From NCBI GenBank assembly GCA_051294375.1, contig CM119271.1:9631253-9695252 (forward strand): 64,000 nt of DNA, in the 5' to 3' direction. Both the position numbers and the translations under genes were made by a program. Below, piece by piece: positions 1 to 13,254 of this stretch. Below the pieces are notes generated by a model, which had not been told where the DNA came from, ran no database searches, and saw only the letters and a program-made list of their open reading frames with translations. Origin of the DNA: Paraspadella gotoi (Eukaryota > Animalia > Chaetognatha). How positions within the stretch are numbered: the first letter of the stretch is position 1; every line of letters begins with the position of its first letter.

Positions 1-799
1 TGAGAATCTTTTTGTTTTTGTTAGTGAGTTTAGTTTACTCGTTGAAGTTCATCGTTTACATCAGCAAGGGTGCAAAATGAAGGAAAGCACTACTCCTGTC
101 GGGAGAGCAAGGCTCACGAGACTACAAGCAAATAAGTAAATTCAGCGACATGGAACTCTGAACGACGAAATTGGCCTCGTCAAAAGTATTCCAGACTGAT
201 GGGTTCTCAAAACCAGACCACCTTTTATCAGTCAAAACTCCATATAAGGAGGGATCAATATGCAAACACGAAGCAACAAACAATAGCTAGGACTATGACT
301 GCTCGACCAGTTCTAAATGACACGAGATGTCTAGCAATTGGAGGGNNNNNNNNNNNNNNNNNNNNNNNNNATTGCATATATATATGTGTTTTATTCGTTT
401 ACAACAATTAGTTGAAACCAGTACATTCAAAAAGGGCATACAGCATTACAGATAAACGCATAAATTGTACAGTTTACAATTCAACAAAATATAAATATTT
501 AAATTAACAGAACGAAAAAAGAAAAAAAAAAATCCAACAATAAGCTATGACAAGATTTTTAGGAATATTGTTTCTAGAGGAAAAAAGCTTGGATTCAAAG
601 TTTTTTGATCTACAAGCAAAAATTTTATAGATATCATTATATCCAAATGAGGACCTTAATGATCGACCACTCTCCCATCTATTCCAACTACCTCTTAATA
701 TCAAAAAGAATCGTGAGAATATCAGTGACATCAATAAAAAGAACTATTCTACAAAGGCTAACGATAATGTGAAGTCAAACGTGATCAAATAATATCAAA

Positions 800-1095
800 T
801 GTATGAAATTGGTACAACCAATATAAAAATTATCCATTCATTTAATAAATAAGCTATCTTGCCCCTGACTTTGGACAGGCTTTGGTGGTTTAAGGCCTCC
901 ATCACTCTTACAAGATAATTACAGAGCAGGTCCCTGCAAGCTTTCAATCAAGACTCTCTCACAGTCCCGTTTATTTACTCCCAGAGTACCTGGCTTCCCT
1001 ATCAATGAAGTGGAAAATATTTCAAAGAATGTTTCAATTGTATGAAAAGACCACTCCCTTAAGTATTAGATCGGGGAATACTTATTGTACTCCGC
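800..1095 (+). repeat. Dispersed repeat family (SINE/MITE-like)
   Basis: Core ACAACCAATATAAAAATTATCCATTCATTTAATAAATAAGCTATCTTGCCCCTGACTTTGGACA recurs at ~11104 and ~23872 (+), and at ~20725-20990, ~40380-40470 and ~55795-55885 (-). Confidence 0.8.
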
Positions 1096-1405
1096 ACTAG
1101 CATCAAAATACATAAAAATACATAAATATCTCAGGGACAAGATTGAAGCGAGAAACGCGCTATGTCTTCTACACAAAAGAATTCAAATTCTCATTCACAA
1201 ATTCTCTTGTCTACTTATTTATTGTTTATTGGCTCCCCCCCCCTTTCCTCTGGTTCTTATTGGTCGGGTGAGTTCATGGGTAAGTCATGGGTCAGTTCCT
1301 TGATCCTCTTTCTCCTCCTGCAGCTTCGCCGTTTCTCCTGCCGCTCTCCTGCCGTTCTCCAGCCTTCGGCATTGCAGGCACTGCAGATCGTTCGGGCGGG
1401 GCTTC

Positions 1406-1528
<123 letters not shown>

Positions 1529-1807
1529 CCTGCACCACGTGATCGGGTTCTCCTTCCCAGGATCCGCGTTGATGATACTTTGGGTGAGGAAGAGTTAGAC
1601 GAAATTCTATTGGCTGAAAAATAGGTGAATAAAAATATATTAGATTGAGCAGACAACAAATTGGCGTCTCTCATTGGTGGGAAATTTTAAAAATGTTTTC
1701 CTTTCCTCTGATTCGGTTGCCTCTGGTGGCCAGTGCAGATGCGAGTGTTAATGCCTAATCTTCTCCGACTTTTATGATAGGATTTATGAGTGTCAAGTGG
1801 GAACGAA

Positions 1808-1851
<44 letters not shown>

Positions 1852-2035
1852 GTTTACCCTTTACAACCCTCCCCCACAAGGAAAGAAAAAAGATGAGTGT
1901 AGCATAATGCAGCCGATGAGATGCTTTCGGCTATTGGCAAGCTAGTACCGGTAAACTGTTTTATAGTTTCTTTAAAGGTTTACTTATGATGAAATTAAGT
2001 GGACTTTTATGATAGGGTTTACGAGGGTCACGTGG

Positions 2036-2089
<54 letters not shown>

Positions 2090-2094
2090 AAGTT

Positions 2095-2422
2095 TTAATG
2101 TGAAAGTTTTACACAGTAACATGCAATGTAATGAGCTGTACATATGGTATGTATGTATGTATGTATGTATGTATGTATGTATTTACTCATTATTTAAAGA
2201 TGTAAATATATTAGCAATAAAATTAAAATGTATAACTATATACATACTTTACAATTTCAGTGTTTACACATAGTCATAGATCCCGTTTCTTTTTTAACAT
2301 TCCACACTCTCTCTATACGAATGATGATATGCTTTGTTTTTCTATGTTATTTGAGTATATATCAGAAAAAGGTATTTTATCAAGATTGCATATAAAGAGA
2401 GAGAGAGATTAATATATATTAT

Positions 2423-2471
<49 letters not shown>

Positions 2472-2560
2472 AGAGAGGAGAAGAGAATTGAATTGTATTA
2501 AGGAAACGGGCTTGGGCTACATTGTGCCCTAAATGCTCAAGTTGACAAAGTTTACAGATA
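2095..2560. repeat. Dispersed repeat (second copy at ~11370-11860)
   Basis: Shared TTCCACACTCTCTCTAT..GATATGCTTT..TATATATCAGAAAAAGGTATTTTATCAAGATTG and GGCTACATTGTG blocks around (GA)n. Confidence 0.75.
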
Positions 2561-2567
2561 TGATAAC

Positions 2568-2599
<32 letters not shown>

Positions 2600-3595
2600 G
2601 TCCCATTACACTTATGAATTAGTAACGATGGTCTTTTTTTTTTCTATTAGAGTTTTTCTCTTTCGCTGGCGCTCTCTAGAGATTAAATAGAGAATAAAAA
2701 AAGAACAAACCTGATTTTCTTTATATTCATCAAGTAAATTGTAACGAGACAAATTGCATTTGATCAAATCATCAATTCCAATACAAACTTGGTCAATAAA
2801 TAATTTCGATCTTATTAAAAATTTAAGTTAACATATAAACTTGGTTACAACGACTACTCGTTTTGATAACAATTATTTCATTCAAATAAAAACTTTTAAA
2901 CTCCGAACGACACGTCAACTTTCCTGTTACTTTAATTCAATTAGTGAATCAAAACAATGAATTGTAATATACAATTTTTGTCGAAACTTTTTAGATTTGA
3001 AATCTTCATCGTCATTTCAAACAAATAGAAAAACCAGTTTCAATCTTTAATCGATGTTTTCGATCTCGAATTCCAGTTTTCCAGTTTTTAAATCTTTCCC
3101 GGTGACAACTTGAGGACGAAGTTTGCCCGGGGAACCAACGAGGTCACGATCGAGCATAAAGCCCTCCCCGGCACACGTCATCACTCGCTCGTACCGTGGA
3201 TTTGTAAAACGGGGGCCGTTTTTCGCGATTAGCAAACTTTGTTTTCATTTTATTATCACGCATCATTATCACTTTTCATTCGCTGTCTGTAAAATCTCAC
3301 GACTCAAAAGGACCTACTTTCACAACGAGCAATAAAAATCCGGATTTTCTAGATTGAAAATAGATGAGAAAATAACAGCTGTTGACAAAAGTTCAAATGT
3401 TCCCGAATGAAAAACGAAAAGAGAAGAAAAATGCAAAATGAATCGATCTTCGATCGACAGTGAAGAAAAAAAAAAGGATCGTTCTCCTTGAAAAAATCTC
3501 ACGTTTTAACCCTACATTAATTAATTAATTAATTAATTAATTAATTTAAACTAAATACACTAAACAAACTTAACCAAACCTCTCGTCCATCGAGG

Positions 3596-3886
3596 ATGTC
3601 TCAACAACCCTCGACGACGGACTCCTCTTCCTCCTCCACCCCTACGCCTCCTTCCACATCCTCAACCACCACCCCCACCTCTTCCACACCCCGCCCCTCG
3701 TCGTCCCTCGTCATCCCGCCCGGAAGTCGCCCCGACGGGTCCTACCGAGCGTTTTACGCGTGGGAGGATCGTCGCGGGATGACGGTCACTTCGGGAACGG
3801 TGACGCTGACCAAGGACGCGAAGAATCTCGTGGGGATCAGCATCGGAGGGGGGGCGCCGTATTGTCCGTGTCTCTACGTCGTGCAG
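3596..3886 (+). CDS. PICK1: PICK1 exon 1 (S/T/P-rich N-terminal extension + PDZ start)
   Basis: ATG at 3596; GTVTLTKDAKNLVGISIGGGAPYCPCLYVVQ; donor CAG|GTGCTG at 3887. Confidence 0.93.
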
Positions 3887-6800
3887 GTGCTGGGGTGGGA
3901 GGGGGCGAGGTTGGAAGTAATTAGTTATGAAAGAATCGAATTTTATTAGTTAATAGTTACTATTACCGTTGTGTAATTATTGACGAAATAAAAACCGAAT
4001 GATTAATAGAGTACCTAAAACCTTTACAAATAAATAACGATATCAGAACAAACTTTCATAAATTTAACCAAAAAATTTTATGAAATCGGTACAACCAATA
4101 TATTGTAGAGGACGAAAATAGTAATAATAAAAATAAGGCGAGAGTGAAGAATTTTGACGTTGTAATAGAAGTAGAAAAGAAGTGAGACGAGCTCTAACCT
4201 GATCCACTTTTATCAACGCCTAGACCAAATTGACCTTACAATGAATACAATAAAGATTGTAAATGAATTATTTTGTTGTATTTTTCCAGTTTTTTCCGGG
4301 TGTATTATTTACATTTTATCGATATACTTAATTTTTACAAAATGAACTTTAAAAATAAGTAGCGTTAAATCATGAAACTGAAGAGGCACTAATTATTGTT
4401 ATGTGTTAGTGAGAGCTTCGGATCAGGCTTCGTATCAGGCTGTAACACGGTATTACAGGCGGGATAAACCCCCCCCGACCATCTTAACTGCTAGGCGACC
4501 ACCGGGCTAGAACCCCGGACCTTTGGTGTAGGAGACGAATGACTTGCGTCCGGCACCAATGGCCGCTGCAGAATGGTAGGTGGATTTTAGTCCACCATAA
4601 AACAAACATTCAATGTCATTTAAACTTTGAATCAGATCTTCGACAAAACTCCGGCAGCCATCGACGGATCATTGATGTCGGGAGACGAAATCACAGCCGT
4701 CAATGGAAAATGCGTCAAGGGGAAGACGAGATTGCAAGTGGCCAAGATGATCCAGGAAATCGGGGGGCAGGTGAGAGAAAATGAAAGAATGAATGAATGA
4801 ATGAATGAATTAATCTTTTTCGCTATTTTAAAATATTAGCTAAATATTTATCTCAGGTCACCATAAACTTCAACAAACTTCACGCGGACGCATCTCAGGG
4901 AAAATGCATTGATATAGATCTGAAAAAGGTGAGGAATAAAAAGAGTAAGTCTAAGATTGCATCAACGCCCGTCTATCCGTCCCATTGTCTGTCTCTTGGT
5001 TTATCTCTCTCTTTCTGTCTCCTCTCTCTGTCTGTCAATCTCTCTTTCTGTCTGCGTGGGCGTCTTTCCGTCCCTCTGTATGTGGTTCTGTCATATCTGT
5101 CTGTCTGTCTATCTCTCTGTATTAGACTCTGTCTCTATCTATCTTTTCCACTCCATCTCATCACCTTCTTCCGATTTTCCATCTTCTTCAGGTGAAGCAT
5201 CGTTTCGTCGAATCAATGTCATCGTCCACCGCCGACGTCCTTGGTAAAAATTTGAATTTTCAAAGTCTTTTAAAATAAACAATATGAAGTATTTTTTTTT
5301 ATCTATGTATCACTTTGCGTTGATGAAGACTCGCAACCATAGAGTCGAAACGTGTCCATTTTATTTTAACCAAAAAAGAAATCGTTTTTAAACAATAAAA
5401 AACTTTGTTTTCTCTAAATATGTGTGTATTATATACAATTTAGGTTTGAGTCGCGCGATTCTTTGCAACGACGTTTTGGTGAAGAAACTCGAAGATTTGG
5501 AAGCAAAAGCTGAAACTTTTCGCGGCCTCATTGCGCACATAAGACGACTTCTCAGGTTGGATATACACAAAGACAACGAAAACAACATAAATTAAATAAA
5601 AACAACAATTCCGCTTGATCTTAAAGAATAAATACTATCACAAAAACAAAAATAACTACCGGTGAAAAACAAAATTAGCAGCAACAACAGCAGGAGCGGC
5701 AACGACAACTACGAAACTACGAAAACGATAACTAAAACAACAACAATTACATCAACTAACATCGACCAACAATCAAAAAAACTAAAATGACAACTTCAAC
5801 ACAAAAAGTGCGGAAAAGACGATAAAAAAAAATCCAAACACAAACGGCCTTGTGATGTGATTGCTCGTCGTCTTTTCGAATCATCTGAAAGCCGACCAAT
5901 CACAGACCTTATTTCAACCTTATATTGGAGACCAATGACCAATGACCGACAGAGAGACTTAAGGGTCGATGGCCGAGATTGCCGAGGGACCTCGAGGCAT
6001 TCTCCTCGACATCCGAACTCAAGAAACAATCCTTCTTCGTTTAATAATTGTATAATTAATTATTTATCGTAACCTTTGCCGTCGTGTCGTCATTACCTTT
6101 GTCATCACCTTAATCATTGTCCGTCGCTAATAAAACTATTGTCAACCTATTACTCGCCTTCGCTTAATAATTACCCTCGTTTTTAGACTAAACGTCAACG
6201 ATCATTTTTTACAACTCCATCCACATAATAACGTTCTCTCCCAATCAAAACCACCAAACCCCCCCCACCAACCCCCTCGCCTCCCCCCCTTTTCCAGATC
6301 CATGCTCTCCATAGCGGACGTCTACCGAGTCTTCGCCGCCGCCTTCTCCGACGCCGGCGTCCACGACCCTTTTCCCTCGGCGTCGGAGGCGCTGCTCGCG
6401 GTGGGCGTGGCGCATCGCGGCCTCGAGCGCCTCGTCGTCGACGCCGTCCGGACGTTGAAGCCGATGATCGGGGATCTGGGGACGTTCCTCAATCAGGCCG
6501 TCCCGGACATACGGATGACGATCAAGAAATACGCGGACGTCAAGTTCGAGTATTTGTCTTATTGTTTGAAGGTCAAGGAGATGGACGACGAGGAGTACGG
6601 GGCGGCGGGTGAGTCGTTTATCGATTTGATTGGATTTGATTGATTGATGGGGGTTTTGTTTATTGATTTGTTTTGTTTATTAGGAGATTGATTGATTTGA
6701 TTCATTGATTTATTGATTGATTAGATTGATTTGTTCGTTATGAAAAGACGGATTTATCGATTGATTGATTTGATGATTTGCATGAGTTCGTGACGAATTG

Positions 6801-7860
6801 TAAATTTGATTGATTATGATAATTCGCTTGGTTTTTTTTATTAATTGTTCAATCAATGGAATGTTTGATATATTTATTATTTCATTTGTAAATTGATTGA
6901 ATGAATAAAAAGTTTAAAAAAGGTTTATTGATTAATTGATTAATTGGATTCCTACTTTAACCGATTGATTGATTCCTTCTTCTTTCTCCTCAGTGGTTGA
7001 CGATCCCCTCTACAGGGTGGAAACAGGCAACTACGACTACAGGGTCGTCCTTCGTTGCCGCCAACTCGCCAGATCGCGATTCGCCAAGAGCAGGAGCGAC
7101 GTGATGGTCAAGCTGGAGCTGTTGGAGTCGAAGCAGGTTCAGGTAAGATGGAGCGAAGTATTTTGGCTTAGCAGGACAGCTGTAGTGAGTTTAAAAATCT
7201 ACTATACTGCTGGAGCAGAAGTGAGTTTGAATAATCTAATGTTGTAGTAAAAGATTAATACGGGTCCGTACTAGTAATTCAGGATCGATAAGTATATTTA
7301 ACTAAAGTCGCATTGTACATTTTGAAAGTTTTGATAGAAATTTTTATGAACCAATCAATCCAAGAAAAAGTAGAATCTGAATGAATAGTTAACAAAGCTA
7401 TAATTAAACTCGAAGCAAGCATATAGCAAATTTAAAAATCGCTGCAAGCTCGTTGCAATTTTCCACGACGTCATTCCCACTTCCTCCTCCAAAGGACACC
7501 GTCTTCCAGCTCCAACGGTTCGTGGAGGTGCTGCTCAAGTATTACCAAGACTCCCTGGACGTCGTCCGCAGCCTCAGCGACAATTTCCCCGTGGAGATCG
7601 AACTCGGCCGCGTCGCCGGAGTCGCCGACGGGCGGTTGGACTTCGCCGACGACTTCGACGAGGATGTGGAGGAGAAGGAGGAAGAAGAGGAGGATGACGA
7701 GCTGCTGGAGGAAGCTGGGGAGGTTGGGGAGGAAGAGAGGGTTGGGGAGGAGGGAGGGGAGGAGTCGAAGGGGGAGGAGATTGAGGGGTTGAATTCGGTT
7801 GAGAGGGAAGTTGAGAAGAGACGAGAACCAGAAGTTGATCTGTTGGTTGATTTGGGATGA
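3596..7860 (+). CDS. PICK1: PICK1 (PRKCA-binding protein; PDZ + BAR/arfaptin-homology domain), whole 8-exon gene
   Basis: join(3596..3886,4636..4770,4857..4928,5192..5243,5444..5555,6298..6608,6994..7142,7495..7860). All introns are GT-AG with consistent phases. The translation has the PICK1 hallmarks KDAKNLVGISIGGGAPYCPCLYVVQ, LGLSRAILCND, IKKYADVKFEYLSYCLKVKEMDDEE, PLYRVETGNYDYR, FQLQRFV and an acidic tail. Confidence 0.97.
4495..4566 (-). pseudogene. tRNA-Val(TAC)-like pseudogene / tRNA-derived SINE head in PICK1 intron 1
   Basis: The minus strand reads GCGGCCA...TGGTCGC (7-bp acceptor stem) over 72 nt, with T-arm CCGGG-GTTCTAG-CCCGG and CCTACAC at the anticodon position. D and anticodon stems are degenerate. 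A GC-rich body extends to ~4403. Confidence 0.6.
4636..4770 (+). CDS. PICK1: PICK1 exon 2 (PDZ)
   Basis: IFDKTPAAIDGSLMSGDEITAVNGKCVKGKTRLQVAKMIQEIGGQ; CAG acceptor, GTGAGA donor. Confidence 0.95.
4857..4928 (+). CDS. PICK1: PICK1 exon 3
   Basis: VTINFNKLHADASQGKCIDIDLKK; CAG acceptor, GTGAGG donor. Confidence 0.93.
5192..5243 (+). CDS. PICK1: PICK1 exon 4
   Basis: VKHRFVESMSSSTADVL; CAG acceptor, GTAAAA donor, phase 1. Confidence 0.92.
5444..5555 (+). CDS. PICK1: PICK1 exon 5 (BAR start)
   Basis: GLSRAILCNDVLVKKLEDLEAKAETFRGLIAHIRRLL; TAG acceptor, GTTGGA donor. Confidence 0.93.
6298..6608 (+). CDS. PICK1: PICK1 exon 6 (BAR)
   Basis: ...DLGTFLNQAVPDIRMTIKKYADVKFEYLSYCLKVKEMDDEEYGAA; CAG acceptor, GTGAGT donor. 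Confidence 0.96.
6994..7142 (+). CDS. PICK1: PICK1 exon 7 (BAR)
   Basis: VDDPLYRVETGNYDYRVVLRCRQLARSRFAKSRSDVMVKLELLESKQVQ; CAG acceptor, GTAAGA donor. Confidence 0.96.
7495..7860 (+). CDS. PICK1: PICK1 exon 8 (BAR end + acidic tail)
   Basis: DTVFQLQRFVEVLLKYYQD...FPVEIEL, D/E-rich tail, TGA at 7858-7860; AAG acceptor. Confidence 0.93.
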   Translation, partial: DTVFQLQRFVEVLLKYYQDSLDVVRSLSDNFPVEIELGRVAGVADGRLDFADDFDEDVEEKEEEEEDDELLEEAGEVGEEERVGEEGGEESKGEEIEGLNSVEREVEKRREPEVDLLVDLG

Positions 7861-7865
7861 TAGTG

Positions 7866-8020
7866 GATGAGATTGGGTGGGAATGGAAAGAGAAGATGTG
7901 GGAATGAAAAGAGAAGATGTGGGAATGGAAAGAGATTGGGTGGGAATGGAAAGAGATTGGGTGAAGATGGAAAGAGAAGATGTGGGAATGGAAAGAGATG
8001 GGGTGTAAATGGAAAGAGGT
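7866..8020 (+). repeat. ~21-bp minisatellite in the PICK1 3' UTR
   Basis: About 7 units of GGGAATGGAAAGAGAAGATGT / GGGAATGGAAAGAGATTGGGT. Confidence 0.85.
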
Positions 8021-8257
8021 TTGAAATGACACAGATATTGGTGAGGGGCAATGGAATTAGATGAGCTACGTATTGCAGATGGCACAAGTTATGTACGCGT
8101 TATGAATTAAAAATCTACTCTGGAATTTAGATCTTATACGTTTCGATTGATAATCTTCTCGCTTGAATTTTGATCAATGTTTTTTTTTTAAGTTTTTGTT
8201 TCTTGGGTTTATAAAAAAAACCAATCAAACGCTTGACTCACATTGAAGTCGTTGCTT

Positions 8258-8263
8258 AATAAA
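8258..8263 (+). terminator. Candidate polyadenylation signal of PICK1
   Basis: AATAAA about 400 nt after the stop, followed by T/GT-rich sequence. Confidence 0.45.
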
Positions 8264-8771
8264 TTTTCTTTAATATATCGTTTCTTTTGTTTTGAGATGT
8301 TATTTTGATACGTAAATTGATTAAAATTGTTATAAAATGAAGCTAATCGAAAAATAGAACTGTGAAATAAGAACGCGGCATCCCAAAATCGCTTCCAACA
8401 TTAGACCTGATCTCGACTTTCGTTCCACAGAAAACTGAGCGATCGAAAAATTTCTCTTTAAACTCAAATTTTTCTCTTAGCGATTTTTCGAGTTCAGCCA
8501 TTTTTGATCCGTCAAATCTTTTTTTTTTTTTCCTATCGGACGCTGCAGCGTTTGAAAGGTTCAGTCGGAGGTCATAAAAGGGTCACTCAGGATCGAATTG
8601 GGGTCACAAAGGATCCTTCGAGATCCGGCTCGTCTTCCGAGGGCTCTCCGGGGGGTTTGAAAAAGGGGTCAGCCATCGATCGAGGGATCCAGCGGCTCGT
8701 CGGAGATCTCTCTCTAATCCGGCGACAATCCTCCGGTCCAAGGATCGAGCCTCGACGATGCGACCAGGAAG

Positions 8772-8880
8772 ATGAGCTTCTGGCAAGCCAACGTCGGATC
8801 CGCGCAGCAGTTCTTCAAGGAGTTGAGGCGGAACGGGAGTCATTTGGCCGACACCGAGTTGAGGGTCAAACTCGTCAAAG
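8772..8880 (+). CDS. BTB gene exon 1
   Basis: MSFWQANVGSAQQFFKELRRNGSHLADTELRVKLVK; in-frame TAA upstream; donor G|GTGAGG. Confidence 0.75.
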
Positions 8881-11720
8881 GTGAGGGATTAATTGGGGGC
8901 AGTTAGTCGGTTCGACAGTCGTTTGATTCGAAGGTCGGTACTTAATATTTCTCTATTGATCGGTTAATCGTCATGAACCTCAAGCGGTCGATCGGTCAAT
9001 TTGGTTGGCATTTATATTTTACAATCAATCGATCAATTTTTAAGACTCAATCGATTAGTTTTTAAAGTTTTTTTTTGATCAATCATTTAATTGTCAAGTG
9101 AATCCATGGGTATGGTTTGTCAGTCAGTCAAGCTATTCTGTCTTTAAAATTAATGATCGATCAATCATCGAGACACTTGATCGGTTCATAGGTTGTTCGG
9201 TATTTAAAATTTTTTTGTCAGTCAATCGATTGTCAAAATTCTCATCGAGTTGGTCGGTCGTTGCTTATTTGGTTAGTCTGTCTAGTTGGTTGGTCGAGCA
9301 GTTCAGGTCATTACTTGAAATTACATTCTCGATCATTCAGTCGTCAAGACTTCTACTCGGTCGGTACATAAATGTTGCGATCGATTGGTAAATCTTGGAG
9401 ACTGGTCGGTCGGTCCTCTCCTCACTGATCTCTTCCTCCCCCCACCTCCACCCTCCCGGGCACACCGTCCCAGATGATCGTCAAGGACTCGGCGATCGTC
9501 ACGTCGACGCGGCGGAGAAGAGAAGCGACAGTCGAGAGAAGACCGTCTCCATTCTCGTACATTCCATCGTTTTGTCCTCGAGGAGTCAGGTTGGGGAGGG
9601 CGTTATCGATTGATAGATTGATTCGATTGATTGATTGATTAATTGATTAATTGATTGATTGGTTCGTTCATTAGATTAATTGACTTACTGATTCAACGAT
9701 TGGATTTAATCAATTGATTCGATTCGATTGATTGATTGATTGATTAGTTGATTCGTTTTTATTAATTTCGTTGATTTGATTGTTTAATTAATTTATTCGT
9801 CCCGTGGAATGATTGATTTAATAATGAATTCAGTGATTAATTTAATTACTTGATTGATTAATTTATTGATTCATAGATTTTTTCATTCATTCATTTATTC
9901 TTTGATAATTGATTGATTCAGTGATTAATTGAATGACTAACAATTTTATTGATTAATATATTGATTGCCGTATTTTTTTCATAATTCTGTTTTTAGTCGG
10001 ATCTGCTTATCAGCAGATTCCGACTCTATAATTCACTTTGTCGGTCCGTCGGTCCGCCCGCTTAATATTGTCAGGCAACTACATATATCATGTTAGAATA
10101 TCAAATTATGATAAATTATGCAAAAAAAAAAAGATGTTCTTCCGTCAGTCTGTCCGTCCGCTCGTCCATCTGTCCATCCCCCCCTTAGCATTAAACTCCA
10201 ATTACTCGTGATTGGATGGATGGATTAGAATAAAATTTTGTGTGTGGGTAGGAAAGTGTGTGATTGAGTTGGATAGAAAGTTTTAATGGAATCATGCGAG
10301 TGGAAATGAGTTTAAGTGGAAAAAACAAAAAAATCTATTTCACTATTTGAACGCCACTTACTCATGAGTGGACGGGTTGATTGACTTGAAATTTTGTATG
10401 TGGGTATGTGTGTTTTTAAGCTGGAAATCAATTTTCGTTGGAATCGTCTGAGTGGAAATGTGTTTAAATGGAAAAAACAAAAAACCTGTTTCACTAATTG
10501 ATTATGCTTCTTTTTCTTTTTATATTAAATGTAAATGCAAGATGTATTAATTCATCAAATAATTAATCAGTTAATTAATCAAGTAGTCAATTAATTAATA
10601 AATAATTAATTGGTCAATAAATCAATTAATTAATTATTCAATCAATTTATTTAGTTATCTATTAATTAATTATTTAATCAATCAATTTATTTATAAATTA
10701 ATTAATTATTTAATCAGTCAATCAATTAAGTCAATCGTTATATTGTCATCATCCCCATCATCGTCGTCGTTGCTTTTGTCGTGGTCAGTGACAAAAAGAC
10801 CTTAAAACAAACATTTTGGATAAATTAATTAATTTATTAATTAAATTATTATTTTAGTTATGCATACTTTGTAATATTTAATTAATTAATTAATTACCGG
10901 TTACCGCTAATGATCGTGGACAGATCCGACATTGTTTGCTCAAACTTGTTTCTTTCTTTCTTTCTTTTTTTCTGTCTTTCAAGACCGTTGCCTAATGACT
11001 GCGAAAACAGGAACTTTTTTTTTCCACGTGTTTTGTCCGGACTTTGCGTTTCGTAATCTTTTCAAATAGATTTTTTTCCTTTCTTTCTTTCTTTCTTTCA
11101 TTTGGGACAACCAATATAAAAATTATCCATTCATTTAATAAATAAGCTATCTTGCCTCTGACTTTGGACATAATTCACATAATTTTCTTTAAAAAACATT
11201 TAAAATATTCTATAAAATACACGCGGGTTTTGAATAATTTGATCGTGTCACAAAAACAGAGACCAGAAAGAAGCTAAAAATAAGAATGAGGTGATCGCTT
11301 ATCACTGACGCTCCGTCGAGAGGGAAAGAGAGAGAGAGATTTGATTGATTTTTGATTTATTATGCTCAAAATGTGAAAATTTAACACAGTAACAATGTAA
11401 TAGTTTATGAGCAGTACATATATATGTATGTACATTGTACATTGTACATTGTACACATTTTAAAGAAATGTAAATAAATTAACAAAACAAAAAATTACAA
11501 AGTGGACTAATTATATACATAGTTTTAAATTTCAGTGTTTACACATAGATCTCGTTCCTTGTTTAACGTTCCACACTCTCTCTATCCGAATCATGATATG
11601 CTTTAGTTTTTCTATGTTATTTAAGTATATATCAGAAAAAGGTATTTTATCAAGATTGGACATAAAGTTTAAATGATTCCATTTAATACAATAATTTAGT
11701 CTATGTTCTTTATCATCTTC

Positions 11721-11781
<61 letters not shown>

Positions 11782-13214
11782 GACTTGCATTAAGCAAACA
11801 GCCTACAGGAAACAGGCTACATTGTGCTCCTAAAAGCTACATCAATTTACAAAATGATGAGAGAGAAAGAAAGAGAGAGAGAAAGAAAGAGAGAGAATGA
11901 GAGATTCCCGAGCAACTCTTCTCTCCGCCCCCCTCCGCCCCCCTCTGCCGTATCTACTATTTCACCCCTTTCTGAAATTCTGTCTCTTTTTAGCTTTGTC
12001 ATTTCGACTCTTCTTTCTTTTCCTGGCCACCACAGGTATGTAACCGGTATAAACCGGCCACCGGTGGGAAAACCGTTGCGAATTTTTTTGAAATGACGAC
12101 CATTTCTTTATCTCAAATTATTTACTTATCTTCCACGCTTTTCCTAGTGAACTTTCCTTCTTCACGTTTTGACCACACATTCCATTTCTTAACCTTATGA
12201 ATTTATTTATTTCTTTATTTATTTCTTTATTTCTTTATTTCTTTATTTCTTTATTTCTTTCGTTTTGTCGTTCTTTCTCTTTGTCTTACAAGATCGTTGC
12301 CTAGTGACAGTGTAAACAGGAACTTTTTTTCCACGTGTTTTTGCCGGACATTCCGTTTCGTAATATTTCGTTTCTTTCTTTTGCGGTTGCATTACTTTGT
12401 GAAATAATTCATTCTTCTTCGGTATAAAAAGAGAACCGTTTCAAGCTTTACTCAACATTTGAAAAACTACAAGCTTTTCGTTTTCTGTCTTCGAAACATA
12501 ATCTTTTCTCGACAAATATTTTTAGTCGGATCTGCTTATCAGCAGATCCCGACTCTATAATTCACTTTGTCGGTCCGTCGGTCCACCCCCTCAATATTGT
12601 CGGGCACTAAATTATATCATGCCAGAACATCGAATTATGATAAATTATGCAGAAAAAATGATGTCTGTAGAAATGATTTTTAAATAAACATTCATTTTGC
12701 CTCTCAATCAGAGTTGATGATTGTCCTATTCTGGTTACTAAAAATTCCCCCATAGCAACGCGTCATGCTGCTCTGCTTCTACTTACTTAGAAACAACTAT
12801 CTTAATGGTTATAAGAAATAATTAGCTATAAAAATTGGTCTAGTGCGCAAAGATTGATGCTATAGCATATCAATCCTAGGTCCCTGATTAGTTAATTTTA
12901 AATTTTATAGTTACCTCTAGTTTCTGATTGGTTCACTACTAATATAAAAAGGGACATTTTTTGTAGTATTCTAGGGCGTTCCAAGGACCATAAGAGGTAA
13001 AAACACTGTTTGATTATTTTGTAATTTTTTATTTAAATAAAGTAATAATTTTCTATTCCTTTTAGCTTTAAGCTGACCATTTGCTACCAAAGTTTTTATA
13101 TTCAACTGCCTCACTGTCAATAAAGGTACTCAAATAAAAAGATGTCTGCTTAATCCAAGGTCTTGATTATTTAATCTATGAAATTTCAAGGAATGCTCTA
13201 ACTAACCCAAACAA

Positions 13215-13254
<40 letters not shown>

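Noticed and set aside
4495-4566. Functional tRNA-Val gene
   Set aside because: D-arm and anticodon stem pair poorly and the T-loop register is shifted
7471-8087. Minus-strand ORFs of 152-204 aa overlapping the PICK1 end
   Set aside because: Antisense shadows of the acidic tail and the 21-bp minisatellite
8504-8884. 126-aa + strand ORF
   Set aside because: Wrong frame; the BTB-like reading starts at ATG 8772 and matches the phase of the next exon
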